From Felis catus (lineage: Eukaryota): a DNA stretch of 64,000 nucleotides. The notes beneath the pieces are model-generated. The model did not search any database, was not told the DNA's origin, and saw nothing but the letters and a program-made list of their open reading frames with translations. Below, one piece after another: positions 1-20,000 of the stretch (position 1 is its first letter; every line of letters starts with the position of its first letter). The translations under genes and the position numbers were made by a program. The stretch covers positions 30,380,001 to 30,444,000 of the forward strand of contig NC_058372.1 of NCBI RefSeq assembly GCF_018350175.1, written 5' to 3'.

Positions 1-7768
<7,768 letters not shown>

Positions 7769-8233
7769 TTAAAAACACAAACAAACAAAAAACCTAGTTT
7801 CTGATAGAAGAGCTAGGAAAAAAACAAACAAGAAAAACAAAAGACTTATTAGTCGTGAGCAGAGCCTTCACCACCTCTTTTCCATCCCCACACTTTTCCC
7901 ACTTTCCCTGTACTGACACCTTTATCTGGAAAGAAAAATAACAAGAACACAAAACATAAAAGCAAACATAATATAGTGGTCCCAGGTGAGGCGGTTAAGA
8001 CACAAGTTCCCAAAGAGATTAGAATCAGAGTAGCATAAACCAGAAAGCAGGATGGGGAGAACCAGCATATGAACTCCTGATCTGTTAAGTAACAACAGTG
8101 AAGAAAATAGATAATGAAAAGCAAAATGAATCAAGAGAGTGGAGAATGGAGACAAGATAAAGACAAGTCCTGAAAAACCGTCAAAGGAAGACTTTTTGCT
8201 TTCCCTACATCTCAAAGTGTTGACCCCTAACAA

Positions 8234-8318
8234 GGCAGCCATCAGTCAAGGGTGATAGATTAAGGTCATCATTGCGCAAAGTGCTCACTTCCCAAAATAT
8301 AAACATCATTTGGCTGCC
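8234..8318 (-). ncRNA. SNORD84: Box C/D snoRNA in DDX39B intron 1
   Basis: Minus strand: C box ATGATG (8309-8304), D box CTGA (8245-8242), 8-bp terminal stem GGCAGCCA/TGGCTGCC. Paralogous to the 3265-3346 copy; position matches recalled human SNORD84. Confidence 0.9.
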
Positions 8319-9062
8319 ATCCGCGTCCCACTCCTCAGTAACCTCCTTCTGGTGCTTAAGAAATCCCTGTGTAATTAATGTGGGGGGGGGGGGATAGAAG
8401 AGTAAAGAGAAATGACTAGGTCAGAGATGAATACTATCTTCCCTCTGCTACAATTAATAGGAAAAAAGGTACTCGAGATAAACTCTCACTCCAGCTCTAC
8501 TACAAACTCTAGTAAGGGATCTCATCACCCTTCGTTACTCTTCAGGTGAGACTCCTTTCCTATAAACACACAATGACATCACGCATAAACATTTGGAAAA
8601 TGTTCCAAGTAAAGGCTGGTAAATCGAGGTAAGAAAAGTCCAACCAGGCCCGTAAGGCGGCTCCTCCTCCTATTCCCACCTTGGGCCATTAAGAGGACCC
8701 AGAGATGAGAAGGAAGGTGAAAAGAGCCCCACCCTCCACAAATGCCCAGAAACAAAGAGCACCTACCGCCGCCTCTCACCATCACTGGGGCATCCGATAA
8801 ACGAGGAGCCCAACGAAGGAGCAGGGAGCAAAAGGAACACAATGGCGCTAGGGCCACCATCTTGGATTGGGCCCCCTACCTTCCCTGCCCCCCCCCGAAC
8901 TCTTAAGAGCTCTCAAAAGGGATGCAAGCAATGCAAATAACGACCCATCTAGGCCCCAGGGACCAGACCATAGTCTGTGGAAGGGGTATCAGGAGTCCAC
9001 GAGGCAGAATGGCCGCAGAGAAACGCAGATGGAAGCGGATGATAAAGAAGGCCAAAGCTTAC

Positions 9063-9300
9063 CTGAGCAAGGCGAGCGCATATGGCGGCGGCAACAGCGA
9101 CGAAGGAGGGAATCTGCCTTCACTTCCGGTTCTCGGCTTCCCTCTTACCAGGGCCTCCCGCCTTCTCGGCTGCCAGCGCGCAGGCGCAAGGGACCGGAAG
9201 GCGACCCTTTCACGATCCCATAGTTCTGCGCGCTCCGGGGTTGCCTTTAGAAAATGCCTGTGTGAAAAAAATTTTTAAAGCCACTTCTAACTCCTCCGCT
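9063..9300 (-). promoter_or_regulatory. DDX39B: DDX39B CpG-island promoter and non-coding exon 1
   Basis: CpG-rich; donor CAG|GTAAGC at 9063/9062; ETS motif CCGGAAGT (9129-9122); YY1-like GCCGCCAT just upstream of the donor. Exon 2 acceptor TTTCCTAG|CTCTTC at 7812. Confidence 0.75.
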
Positions 9301-10635
9301 ACTGCAAGTAACAAAGGACATAAAGGAAACTGGCATCCTCTCCTACTGTTATATATTTTCTCGTGCCCTATTCTACTCCATATACTTCACCTCTTCCTTT
9401 AGGTTGTTGTCGGGCAGGTCTTCTCTCCGGGCACCCCTCCGTAGGCTCACCGCTCGGTGGAAAAAGGGTGGCGGGGACTGAGAGTTCCCACGGGGTCCTT
9501 GGCCTGGTAGTCAAGGTGACCCGGGTGCGTCAGCGTTGGAGCTAGAGAACGTGGGACCTCAGTTGAGGGGAGGAATGAGTCTGAGCCGCGCGTAGGGGGT
9601 CCTACCCTTTCCCCCTTGCCCAAAATGTTGGCCAATGTAGTTGATGCCCCAAGGGCCCTGAGGCTATGGGACAGGAAATTCGAGTCTGGAAGGTGTTCTA
9701 AATCCACCGAGTGGATTCTGCCTCAGGTTTTAAAGAAGTGGTGGGGCTTGAGGGTTAGGCAACATTATATAAATATTGTTAATTCGACCAGAATGCCTTT
9801 AGCCCCGCCTCCAGCAGCCCCATTGTTGAGCTTGAATTTTTTCCTTAATGAAGCATTTGATAACCCAGTCTTTGATATGCTACCAAAGTCAGATGTGATG
9901 TCAACAAAAATGACAGCAAACATTCGGCTCTTTACCTGTTACCAGTTAGCCACTTAACAGTAACGAATAGGTACCATTATTGCCATTCTACAACAAACAA
10001 AGCAACAGATCCAAAATAAAGCTAGCTGTTTAAACGTCGTTTAGTCTCTATTGTATCCTGCCTCCCTGCTTGAAGAGTCCGGTTAACAATTACCCTATGG
10101 ATTACCTCATTGGTTCAAGTCTTTGGTGAAGTAGGCATTGTTCTGCGGCCAAGAGAAGGAACAGTGATTCAAGGATGATGTTTCCGACTTTAAGTATCAA
10201 TTGATTCAACAGTATTTATCAGCTGCCTACCCTGTGCCAACCGCTAACCTAGGATCCGGGGACTCGGTGAACAGCCCTGTCATCAGAGTTCACATTCCAG
10301 GGAAGACAACATATAAACAAATGTCAAGTAGTAATAAGTGCCATGAAGAAAAATAATGCAAAATAAGGAGCAAAGAGTGCTTGTTAATACACCCCAGCTT
10401 TTCTCTATAGTTGCCATTGTGGTTCTCGGATTCCCAACGAGGAACCACATATGTACCTCATTTAAGAGAAACAATAACATACTAGTTGCTTTTATTTTTT
10501 CCAACAAGCTTCAAAGGACAGCGCTTTGGGGTATTTGGGGAATATGTAAATAAGGAACAAGAGAGTGAATGAAAGTGAGAAATGATGAAGCAAAAAGGAA
10601 GCTGCTTCCACACACCAACTGATTTGCCCAAAGGT

Positions 10636-10647
10636 TTTATTTTTATT
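10636..10647 (-). terminator. Tandem AATAAA polyadenylation signals, ATP6V1G2 3' end
   Basis: TTTATT at 10636-10641 and 10642-10647 on + (AATAAA on -), about 1 kb past the stop codon. Confidence 0.6.
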
Positions 10648-11149
10648 ATTATTATTGACACTTTCTTATTGTTACAAAGGAAAGGATGTTAAGGATGTAG
10701 AAAGGGAGGCCATGCATACAAAGGAACACAGCATCACTTTACATCTCAGGAAGCAGTGAGCATCTGATGGGTCTTTGGGGAAATCGGAAAAGGAAAGGGA
10801 AAAATCCAATAAAAAGAAAGACCAATTTAGAGACAAAAAGAGAGACTACAAAATGCAACATCTTCCTGGAACCACAGTAGAGAGGCTAAACGAGGTCTTC
10901 ATTTCCTTTTCAGGGACCATAAAGTCTCTGGGAAAAGAGAGGTGGGAAGAACCAATTCTTCAGAAAAATTACTAGGTTCACAGAATGAGTGAGTGATTTA
11001 GACAGCCATTGACAAATGTGAGGAAACAGTTGTGTTTTGGTTTTGACGGTGGGCAACGGGTGGTAATAATATCATAGGGTGGACATTTATGGAATCACAG
11101 CAACTACATGCCAAAAACCATGCTAGGCTCTTTACAGAGTGATTCCTAA

Positions 11150-11340
11150 TCATTGCAGCAGTCCCGTAAGGTAGGTATTATTGTTATTATCACCATCAGC
11201 ATCATGCCAGTCTTGCAAAGGAGGACACTGGACTACAGATTAAGTAGCTGTCCTAGGTGCACAGCCAGAAAGTGGCAGGGTTGGGAAAGGAACCCAAGGC
11301 TTCCAGGCTCTGAAGTCAGTGTTTTTTCCACATCCCTACT
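11150..11340 (-). mobile_element. MIR in the ATP6V1G2 3' region
   Basis: GTAAGGTAGGTATTATT...AGTAGCTGTCCTAGGTGCACAGCCAGAAAGTGGCAGGGTTGGG...AACCCAAGG pattern. Confidence 0.6.
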
Positions 11341-11608
11341 TATCCATGCTACAAATTTCACAGAGGGTTTCGGTGAGAGTGACTTGGGAGTTTACAAGGT
11401 CCCAGCGAAGGTTAAAGAACAGTAAGGAGACTCAGATCTGAGCAGGGTACTTTTCACAGAGTTATTGGATCTTGCCCCTAGAATTTCTAGGGAATGGAAA
11501 GGAGAGAAAATAGGAAAGAAGCAGTGAAGATGGCAGGTGGTAATTTTGTTTGGGGGGTTTCTTTGAGGAAGGGAACTGGAAGGGAACAGTCAGGTCCTAT
11601 GGTGAATT

Positions 11609-12787
11609 CTAGGCAGCAATCCGGTAGTTGGGGTGGACCTGGGGCCTGACGTCACAGACCATGCCAAGAAGTTGGGCCAGGACGCGTTCACGGTTTCTCT
11701 GCTGGGAGCTCTGCATGCCCTGTACCTGGCGTCTCGTAGCCTGCTCCACCTCAGCTGAGAGGTTCCCCTGGGAGCCCATGGCCTGGGGGATCGGGAAAGG
11801 GGCAGAAGACAGAAAGGCAAAAGCAGAAACACAGAAAGAAGGGTACAGGTATGTGGAGGAAAAAGTCCTGGAGCAAGGCTAGGAAGAAAAGCCCTTGCCA
11901 AAACCACCCCCATCCCATGGAAATATCCAGACACCAAAGAAAGCAACACAATTCCCTTTCCTTTGAAATTTGACATGCAACTTCATCCTAAAACAACTGG
12001 AAAACCCCCACTACCTCACCACACGTGACCATAAAACTTTGCCTTCCACCCCAAATGACATCGTACTCCACACAGACGGTGGCAAGTCCCCTCCCCCCCC
12101 CCCCCCCCCCCCCGCCCCACAAGCCATCCAAGTCTTTCAAAACTCTCAGATTCTCATACATCTCACATACCTTGAACAATAACGTGGTCCCTGCCAAGGG
12201 TCCCCTTCAGCCCTTTACCATCTTGTTTTCTTCTAGGGTCACCCCATACACACCTCATCAGATGCACCCACCAACTTGCACCCCAGGATCCCATTTCAAC
12301 TCTCCCACAACGCACCGCCTGCTGCTTGCTCTGGAATTCCTGCTCTCGCTCTCGACGGTAATGCTCCACCTCCATCTGGGCCTCCTCCTTTGCCTGCTTC
12401 AGACGCCGGGCCTTCCCTGGAAGCAGAAGATAGGGGGTGGGAGTAGACCCCCTCACAAAATGTGATAGTAGGGGTCATTCCTTTCCAGAAAGTTTTGCTG
12501 CCATCTCTCAGCCGACCAGGTGCTAGATTCTAACACCCACCCTGCTAATCACCCTCCTAATCAGCCTCCTAATCAGCCAGCCCAGCCCCAGCTTTCTCCC
12601 CTACCCCACCCCGGCCTTGGATTTTCCCAGGGACTCAAATGTTTGCTGTCCCCCCGCACCCCAATTTTCTTTCCAGACTCCTAAGGGAGAGAAAAGGGAA
12701 CTCACTCTTTCTGGCATCTGCCACCTTCTCAGCCGCCCGCTTCTCAGCTTGCAGGAGCTGCTGGATACCCTGAGACTGACTGGCCAT
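11609..12787 (-). CDS. ATP6V1G2: V-type proton ATPase subunit G2, 118 aa
   Basis: Exons 12787-12706 (82 nt), 12416-12316 (101 nt), 11782-11609 (174 nt) = 357 nt; [41 protein letters not shown]...VHPNYRIAA*. Confidence 0.97.
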
Positions 12788-13335
12788 TTCTGTCGTTATG
12801 GCTGATGCTGTTTCGGATGCTACCAAGGTACCAGAAGGCTCCCCCAACCCCCAACACACATACACACCACCTACTCCTCTTCCACCAGCTTCTCGCTGCA
12901 ATTCTCCACTGTCCCTGGGTCTTAGTGCTCCCCTTTTCCGCTAAGCCTGCTGCACCAGGTGTCTCCCCCAAACTGATCCTCCAACTGATGGCTGGTCTCT
13001 TCTCCCACCTCTCCCACGGGCAGTACCCAGAAGGACCACCTGGGAGCAGCAGAGACCAGGCCCAGAGCTGCTCGCTATCATCACCGCAGGTGCAGGGTTT
13101 TCCGGGTCACTGTCTAGCAACCGGGACAGGGGCAAAGAGGAATGAAAAGGAGGCTTAGAGGGCTTGAAAATGGGATGAGAGGGAAAGGAAGTCAACATGT
13201 GTCGTTAATTGGGAAAAGAGTATGCTGGGTTTCTGAATTCTTCCTACTTCTCTTCCTTTTTTTTTCTACCTCCCCTTTCTATCTCTTTTTCTGTATCTTT
13301 CCCAAGTCCAAATTTTCGTTTGCTTTGTCCTACTC

Positions 13336-13550
13336 TTTTTAATTTTGTTTTAATGTTTATTTATTTTTGAGACAGAGACAGAGCATGAGTGGAGGAGGGG
13401 TAGAGAGAGCCAGAGACCCAGAATCCGAAGCAGGCTCCAGGCTCTGAGCTGTTGGCACAGAGCCCGACGTGGGGCTCAAACTCACGAGCTGTGGGATCAT
13501 GACCTGAGCCGAAGTCGGACGCTCAAGCGACCAAGCCACCCAGGCGCCCC
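13336..13550 (-). mobile_element. Full-length feline CanSINE between ATP6V1G2 and NFKBIL1
   Basis: Reverse complement of GGGGCGCCTGGGTGGCTTGG...TCTCAAAAATAAATAAACATTAAAA. Confidence 0.92.
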
Positions 13551-13769
13551 ACTTTTTTTTTTTCAATGTCTTTCACACATGTCTTTTTTGATTTGTCCCA
13601 GTTCTTGGCCTCACCGTGGTTTTAGTTTTGGTTTTCCATTTTAACCATGATTTTTAATCCTCTTCATCTCCCCTGTTTTTTCTCTCTTATCTATCTCTGA
13701 ACCATCTCTTCTCTCTTCCCTGTTGGGGGAGGGGAAGCTAAATCTCTAAATCACCGTTTTTACCCTCCC

Positions 13770-14093
13770 TTGCTCGGCTCCTTTTTCGCGTCTACCGTCC
13801 AGTCTTACGGTTTCAGACGGACCCTTTACCTTAAGTTCCCCTAGTTTCCCCCCGAGGCCAGACTGAGGGAACACACCCCCCCACCCCACCCCCGCCTTTC
13901 CCCTCGGAGAGAGACGACATCCGGTAACGTGCCTTCCAAGTGCGTTTCCGCCCTTTACCTGCGTCTCGGCGTGCGCCATTTCCGCCAGCCTACAGTGTCT
14001 CCGCCCTTCCCGCCTCCCTTCTTCCGAGCGTCTTAAACACAGGCCTCGGGCCTACAGCTCTGGGGGTACTTAGGGGGGCGGGGGGCAGGTCTG
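13770..14093. promoter_or_regulatory. CpG-rich divergent promoter between ATP6V1G2 and NFKBIL1
   Basis: Head-to-head start codons at 12787 (-) and 14094 (+); high CpG density; GC boxes; GCGCCATTTCCGCC (YY1/ETS-like) near 13973. Confidence 0.65.
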
Positions 14094-17000
14094 ATGAGTA
14101 ACCCCTCCCCCCAGGTCCCAGAGGGAGAAGCCTCCACATCTGTCTGCCGGGTAGATTATATTCAATTTCTAGATCATTATTTGAAATTATCTGTGACTTT
14201 TAAATTCAGATTTCTGTTGATTAAAATGTCCCCCATCATTCTTTATTTGCCTTTTTCAAAGCCCCGTATTAAAACTTACCTGGGCTAGTGAGCCTCAAAA
14301 GCAATTATTTATCCTTTTCTCAAATTTTACATTAAAAATGTCTGTGACCCAAGCCCACTTCAAAATTGTTTTCAAACCTATCATCTGGTTAAGGGATGAG
14401 CGTTAGGATAGGCCTCATCTGTTCCTGAAGATGTAAAAAGAAGGGGAACCGAAGGGAGGAACAAGATGGAATGTCAGGGATGGTGGGGGAGGGACCAGGC
14501 AAGGCTGGGGCCCTGACTGCTGCCTTTTTCTCCTTCTTCCTCAGCCCAAGACTTCCATGGCCTCCACTTCCCGCCGCCAACGCCGAGAGCGTCGCTTCCG
14601 TCGTTACTTGTCTGCAGGACGGCTGGTCCGGGCCCAAGCCCTCCTCCAGAGACACCCGGGCCTTGATGTAGACGCTGGGCAACCCCCACCACTGCACCGG
14701 GCCTGTGCCCGGCACGATGCCCCTGCCCTGTGCCTGCTTCTTCGGCTTGGGGCTGACCCTGCCCACCAGGACCGCCACGGGGACACGGCGCTGCACGCTG
14801 CTGCCCGCCAGGGCCCTGATGGTGAGTTTGCCTGGTGGGGAACAAGGTCATGAGCGACTAACTAAACGGGAAGGAGATGAAGGCCAACAAATGAAAAATA
14901 AGCTAGCGATGCAGAGGAAAGTAGCTGTCCACGTTGGCATGTGGCAGTCATTTGTGCCTTTAGGTTACTGAGCTACCATTCATTCTCTGAAGATCCCAGC
15001 ATTCTCGAAACAACAACTTCAATTTTCACATCTTTCTACATTAGTAGCTACTGTGTGTCTTGACTGGTTGTCAAGACACAGTACAAAAAGTAGGATAGAG
15101 GGTAGGTTCTGCAGTTAGATTGCCTAGGTTCAAATCCCAGCTCCACATTTAACAGCTGAGTATTCTTGGGCAACTTCCTAAACTTCCCTGAGGCTTAGTT
15201 TGCCCGCGTGCAAAGAGTTAAATAACTCTTGCTATATTCCAGTACTTCTCACAAAACCACTCATCTAGTCCTCCCAACAACCCTATGAAACTATAAGAAT
15301 TAATATTTTCCCCTATTTCTCAGATGAGAAAACAGCACAGAGAAGTAAAATAACTTGCCAAAGTCCCCCAGCGACAAAGTAGTAGAGCAGGGATTATAAC
15401 CCAGGCAGCCTAGCTAGACCGTCTGTACTCTGTAACGACTGTGTTATCCTGTGTGATACATTACAGAATTATACAATGATAGTGCCCATGTTCAAAGCAC
15501 CCATGCTGTCACGTATGTTTTGAGAATGAATTGACACCATATGCAGTTAGAGCACCCGGCCTGTGATTAACATGCAGTAGATGCTGGATGTCGTTTCCGT
15601 TATCAGCAGATCCATACTCCCTTAGCCTCAGTTCTGCAACTCAAAACACTAAGAGCCAAACATTTTTCATCAGTCAGCCACCAGACTCGTTTGGAGAGAA
15701 AACCTAACCTGAACTAAAGGGAGACTATCTATCATTCATTTTTATCCTACTGATGGCGTTTCACTGCAGAAACATTTCACGTGTTTGGTTACCGGAGCTA
15801 CCCAGGCTCTCCTCGGCTACCTAAGATACGATGTATGTACTTTCAGGTCAGCCCTACCAAGTCCCAAAAACATCTGAGTTCTGAGAAACCTTTGACACTG
15901 AGGGTTTCAGGTGGGGACCTATTGACAGCGGAGGCAGCTCAGTAGAGGTAATAGCCCTTAGGAAAATAAAACCCTCTAGAGATTTTCCTTCTAGTGAGAA
16001 CGTTGGAGGAAAATCTGGGTTGGAATGAACAACCTTAACTCAGTTTGATTGCTATTACCATCCTCCAGCTCCCCAACAGAAACCTCTCACCCCAAAAACT
16101 TCTCCCCATATGGTAAATTTTAAAAAAACCCTTTAATTCCGCTTAACATAATGAGATAGGCTGGCATATTCAGATTTTTTGTTAAAAACAAAAAGAGCAG
16201 GTGTGCAAAATGCAGGCATCTAATTTGACAGCTCACGTTATACATGGCAAGAGAGCAGAGGACCCTGTGGCAGATCCCAGACCTCCTCCAAGTTCAGCCT
16301 CTACCCCTTACCGGCTGTGTAACAGGAACATGCAACTTAACTTCCGTGACCCTAATTTGCCTTTTTTATCATTATTATTATTTATATTTTAACTTGCTTC
16401 TCTAAAATGAAAGCTGTGACAAGTAAATGAGGCAAGTACTTGGCAGATTTGGCACTCACTAGATGAGAAGTATTGTTATTTTTATTCTCATATTTTCCAA
16501 TTATGGCTTTTTGAGTAATAAAACTACCTCATAGTGTGGCAGGATTTTCCTTCGTCGTATTGACATCTAAGAAGCATATGAGATTGATACTATTATCTCA
16601 TTACAGATGAGGAAAGCAGGGCCCAGAAAGTTCAGGAACTTTTTGAAATCTCATAACTGACAAGTTGTTGTCTTTCCTAAGGGGGACCTGCTCTCAGGTC
16701 ATTCCCAAGCTGTGGTGTCCTCTCGGGCCTTACTTCCTCCTGTTCCCCTGATGGTCCAGCCACCAGGTGGCCTTCTGGCTCTTTGGTAAAATGGCCCATC
16801 TCATTCAGCTTTGAGCTGCTCTAGAGACCATTCTGCCTTAAAATGCAAATATTTCCTTTGACCAGATGAAATGACCCAGGATCCCCTGAGGAGGGGAGGT
16901 TTTCTCCCATTCCCACATTAGGCGAGAGATGAGGCAGTTCATGCTGGATTGTCTGGCTGTGCGGTCACAACCGATGAGAAGCCAGTGAATGGCTTTTGGT

Positions 17001-20000
17001 AACTTCTTTTGGGGACCTATCACCTCATGGGGAAGTGGTCTTAGCTGCCAAAGACCCCCATATAAACACACCTTAGTCAGACAATAACCATTCTCTGCGT
17101 ACAACAAGAATTAGTGGACACTAAGAAACGGTCTTTGCGAAAACAATCAAGTCCAAAGCCAGCCTGTTTTCTTTGTGTGTGTGTTTTTTTATGTAACATT
17201 TACTGTACTTCTGTTCTGTGCCAGCACAGTACCTGACATCGCCCACCTATTACTCACTTTGACCTACACAGTAGGTGTAAGCGGTGGCCCGTTTTGCAGA
17301 TAGCTGAGCCATCTGGTTTATGTTCCATTTGCCTTTCAGCCTTACCTACCATGGCACAACCACAAGCCTGCAACTCCAGCTACCCAGCTCTGTCTTCAGT
17401 GACCCCAGGCATGTTTTCACAAGACTGCCTTCCCATCCACCTAATTTCCACTTTGCTAAGTTATCCTCCCTTTCCAGCCCAACATAAGCCCCACCTCCTT
17501 TTTGGAGCCTTCTCTAACCACCCTGCCCACTTTTTGTTTTTGTAATTGTTTGTTTATTTTGAGACAAAGAGAGAATAAGTGGGGGAGACAAAGAGAACTA
17601 GAGGGGAAGAGAGAACAGCAAGCAGGCTCCACACTGTCAGCACAGAGCCCTATGTGGGGTCAAGCTCACAGATGGTGAGAGGTCATGACCTCAGCCAAAA
17701 TCAAGAGTTGGCCACTTAACTAACTGAGCTACCCGGGTGTCCCCACCCTACCCACTTTTACCTTTTCTTCCTCTGTGCCTCTATCAACCATCACTCAGTA
17801 TAAACTTACAATATTGGTGTGGTTTTTTTTAATGTTTTTATTTATCTTTGAGACAGAGAGAGACAGAGCATGAGCAGGGGAGGGTCAGAGAGAGAGGGAG
17901 ACACAGAATCCGAAGCAGGCTGCCGGCTCTGAGCTGTCAGCACAGAGCCCGATGCAGGGCTCGAACTCACAAACAGTGAAATCATGACCTGAGCCGAAGT
18001 TGGATGCTTAACCGACTGAGCCACCTAGGCTCCCCAAATACAAGTGTGTTGGACCAGTGAGTGTGAACGTGATGTTAAAATAGAAATCATGCCTCATTAT
18101 GGGGAGGGGAAGAACAGTGCTTCCACCACTAAGACACAGAGCGTGTTTTTACTTCAAAATTTTTTTCATCTAGATTTTTCTCAATATTAAAGTACAACAT
18201 ATTAAAGAACCCTGGGAAGTTGATTTGTACTGCTAAATTGATGATGAAAGTGGCATTTCAAATCACTGGTGGGTGGTGAGCTATTTAAGAAACAATTTTG
18301 GAGTATTTGGTTCATCTAAGGAAAGGACTCCTACCTCACCCCTGACTCAAAAGTATATTACCAGAGGGCCGCCTCAGTGGCTCAGTCAGTTGAGCATCCG
18401 ACTTCAAGTCATGTCATGATCTCATGGTTGGTGGGTTCAAGCCCCACATCAGGGTTTGCACTGGCAGCACAGAACATGCTTCAGATTCTGCCCCTTCTCT
18501 CTCTGCCCCTCCCCGACTTGTGCGTGCACACGCTCACACTCTCTCGTGCTTGCTCTCTCAAAAATAATCAATCAATCAATCAATCAGTCAATAACGGGGG
18601 CACCGAGTGGCTCAAGCAGTTGAGCATCCACCTCTTGATTTCGGCTCAGGTCATGATCCCAGGGTTGTGGGATTGAAACCCATGTCAGGCTCCACGACCA
18701 GCATGAAGCCTGCTTAAAATTCTGTCCTCTCCCAGCCCCTTTCCCTGCTTGTCCACACGCTCTCTTTCTCTCTCTAAAATTAAAATAAATAAATTACAGC
18801 AGCTTAAATATCTTAACATGACAGGAAGGGTATGTAGCAAATTCACAGGAGACATTTCCTTTGGCGGTGAGGGGCAGATGGGGAATAATATTCAGAAGGC
18901 AATATTAGAGAAAGCTTTAACTTTACCTATGATACTTTATTTCTTTAATACAAAATAATGTTGCAAAAATGACAGAACAGTAACATACCTTGTGGGAGGA
19001 GTGGGGGCGCTTATTGTACTATACTTTTTAAATTTGTTTGGATTTCTAAAAATAAAAATTAGTAGAAAAAAAACACTAGAGAATATTTTTATAATCTTAG
19101 AGTGGGGAAAGCCTATCTAAGGATGACGTAAAGCCAAAAGCAATGAGAGAAAATATTGATACATATTTAACTGCATAAAACCTTTCTAAGGATGGGAGGA
19201 AATATTTACAAATACTTGGCACAAGGTATAAACGTATACAAAGTGTACTACAAAGTATAAAGAGCTCTCATGTCTACATGTATAATTTCCAGGGGAAAAG
19301 TAGATGAAGAACATGAACAAGTCATTCACAAAAGAGATAAAGAGCCAGGGGCATCTGACGGGCTCACTTGGTAGAGATTGTGACTCCTGATCTCAGGGTC
19401 ATGAGTTCAAGCCAATGTTGGGTGTAGAGATTACTGAAAAACAAAATCTTTTAAAAAAGAAGGACACAAGGAAAGAAAGAAAGAGAAAGGAAGAAAGAGT
19501 GGGCCAAAACACATTAAAAAAGGAAAAAAAAAACAATGAAATCTTTTCCTCTATCAGATGAGCAAAATTAAAAGGGTGGGTTGGTGATACTCAACTTTAG
19601 TAAAGGACAACACAGGCACTCATGTTCTGTATCAGGGCGTATGTTGACACAAATTTGAGAGCAATTCAGTAAAATCGCACGTTCTTTGACTCAGAAATTC
19701 CACTTCCGAGAATCTACCCCACTCCTTGTCCACAGAGATATATGTAGGAGGCTGAACATTTTTGGAAACAAAGTCTGTTGACTGGAGGTGGGAGATGTTT
19801 GTTTCATACGCATAGCGGAACACTACACAGTCATAAAAAAGAATGAGGTAGGCTGTGTATACTCTTGTGGAAAAATACAAATGAGACGTTAAGTGAAAAA
19901 AGCAAGTTGCCAAACAATAGAAATAGCATGGTCACATACCTCTGAAAAAAAGACGCCCATATATGCATTTATACACACCAAGACAGGACTGGAAGGGACC

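Noticed and set aside
13009-13029. Possible REST/RE1 site near the neuronal ATP6V1G2 promoter (CCACGGGCAGTACC)
   Set aside because: Only the right half-site resembles the consensus; the left half does not match.
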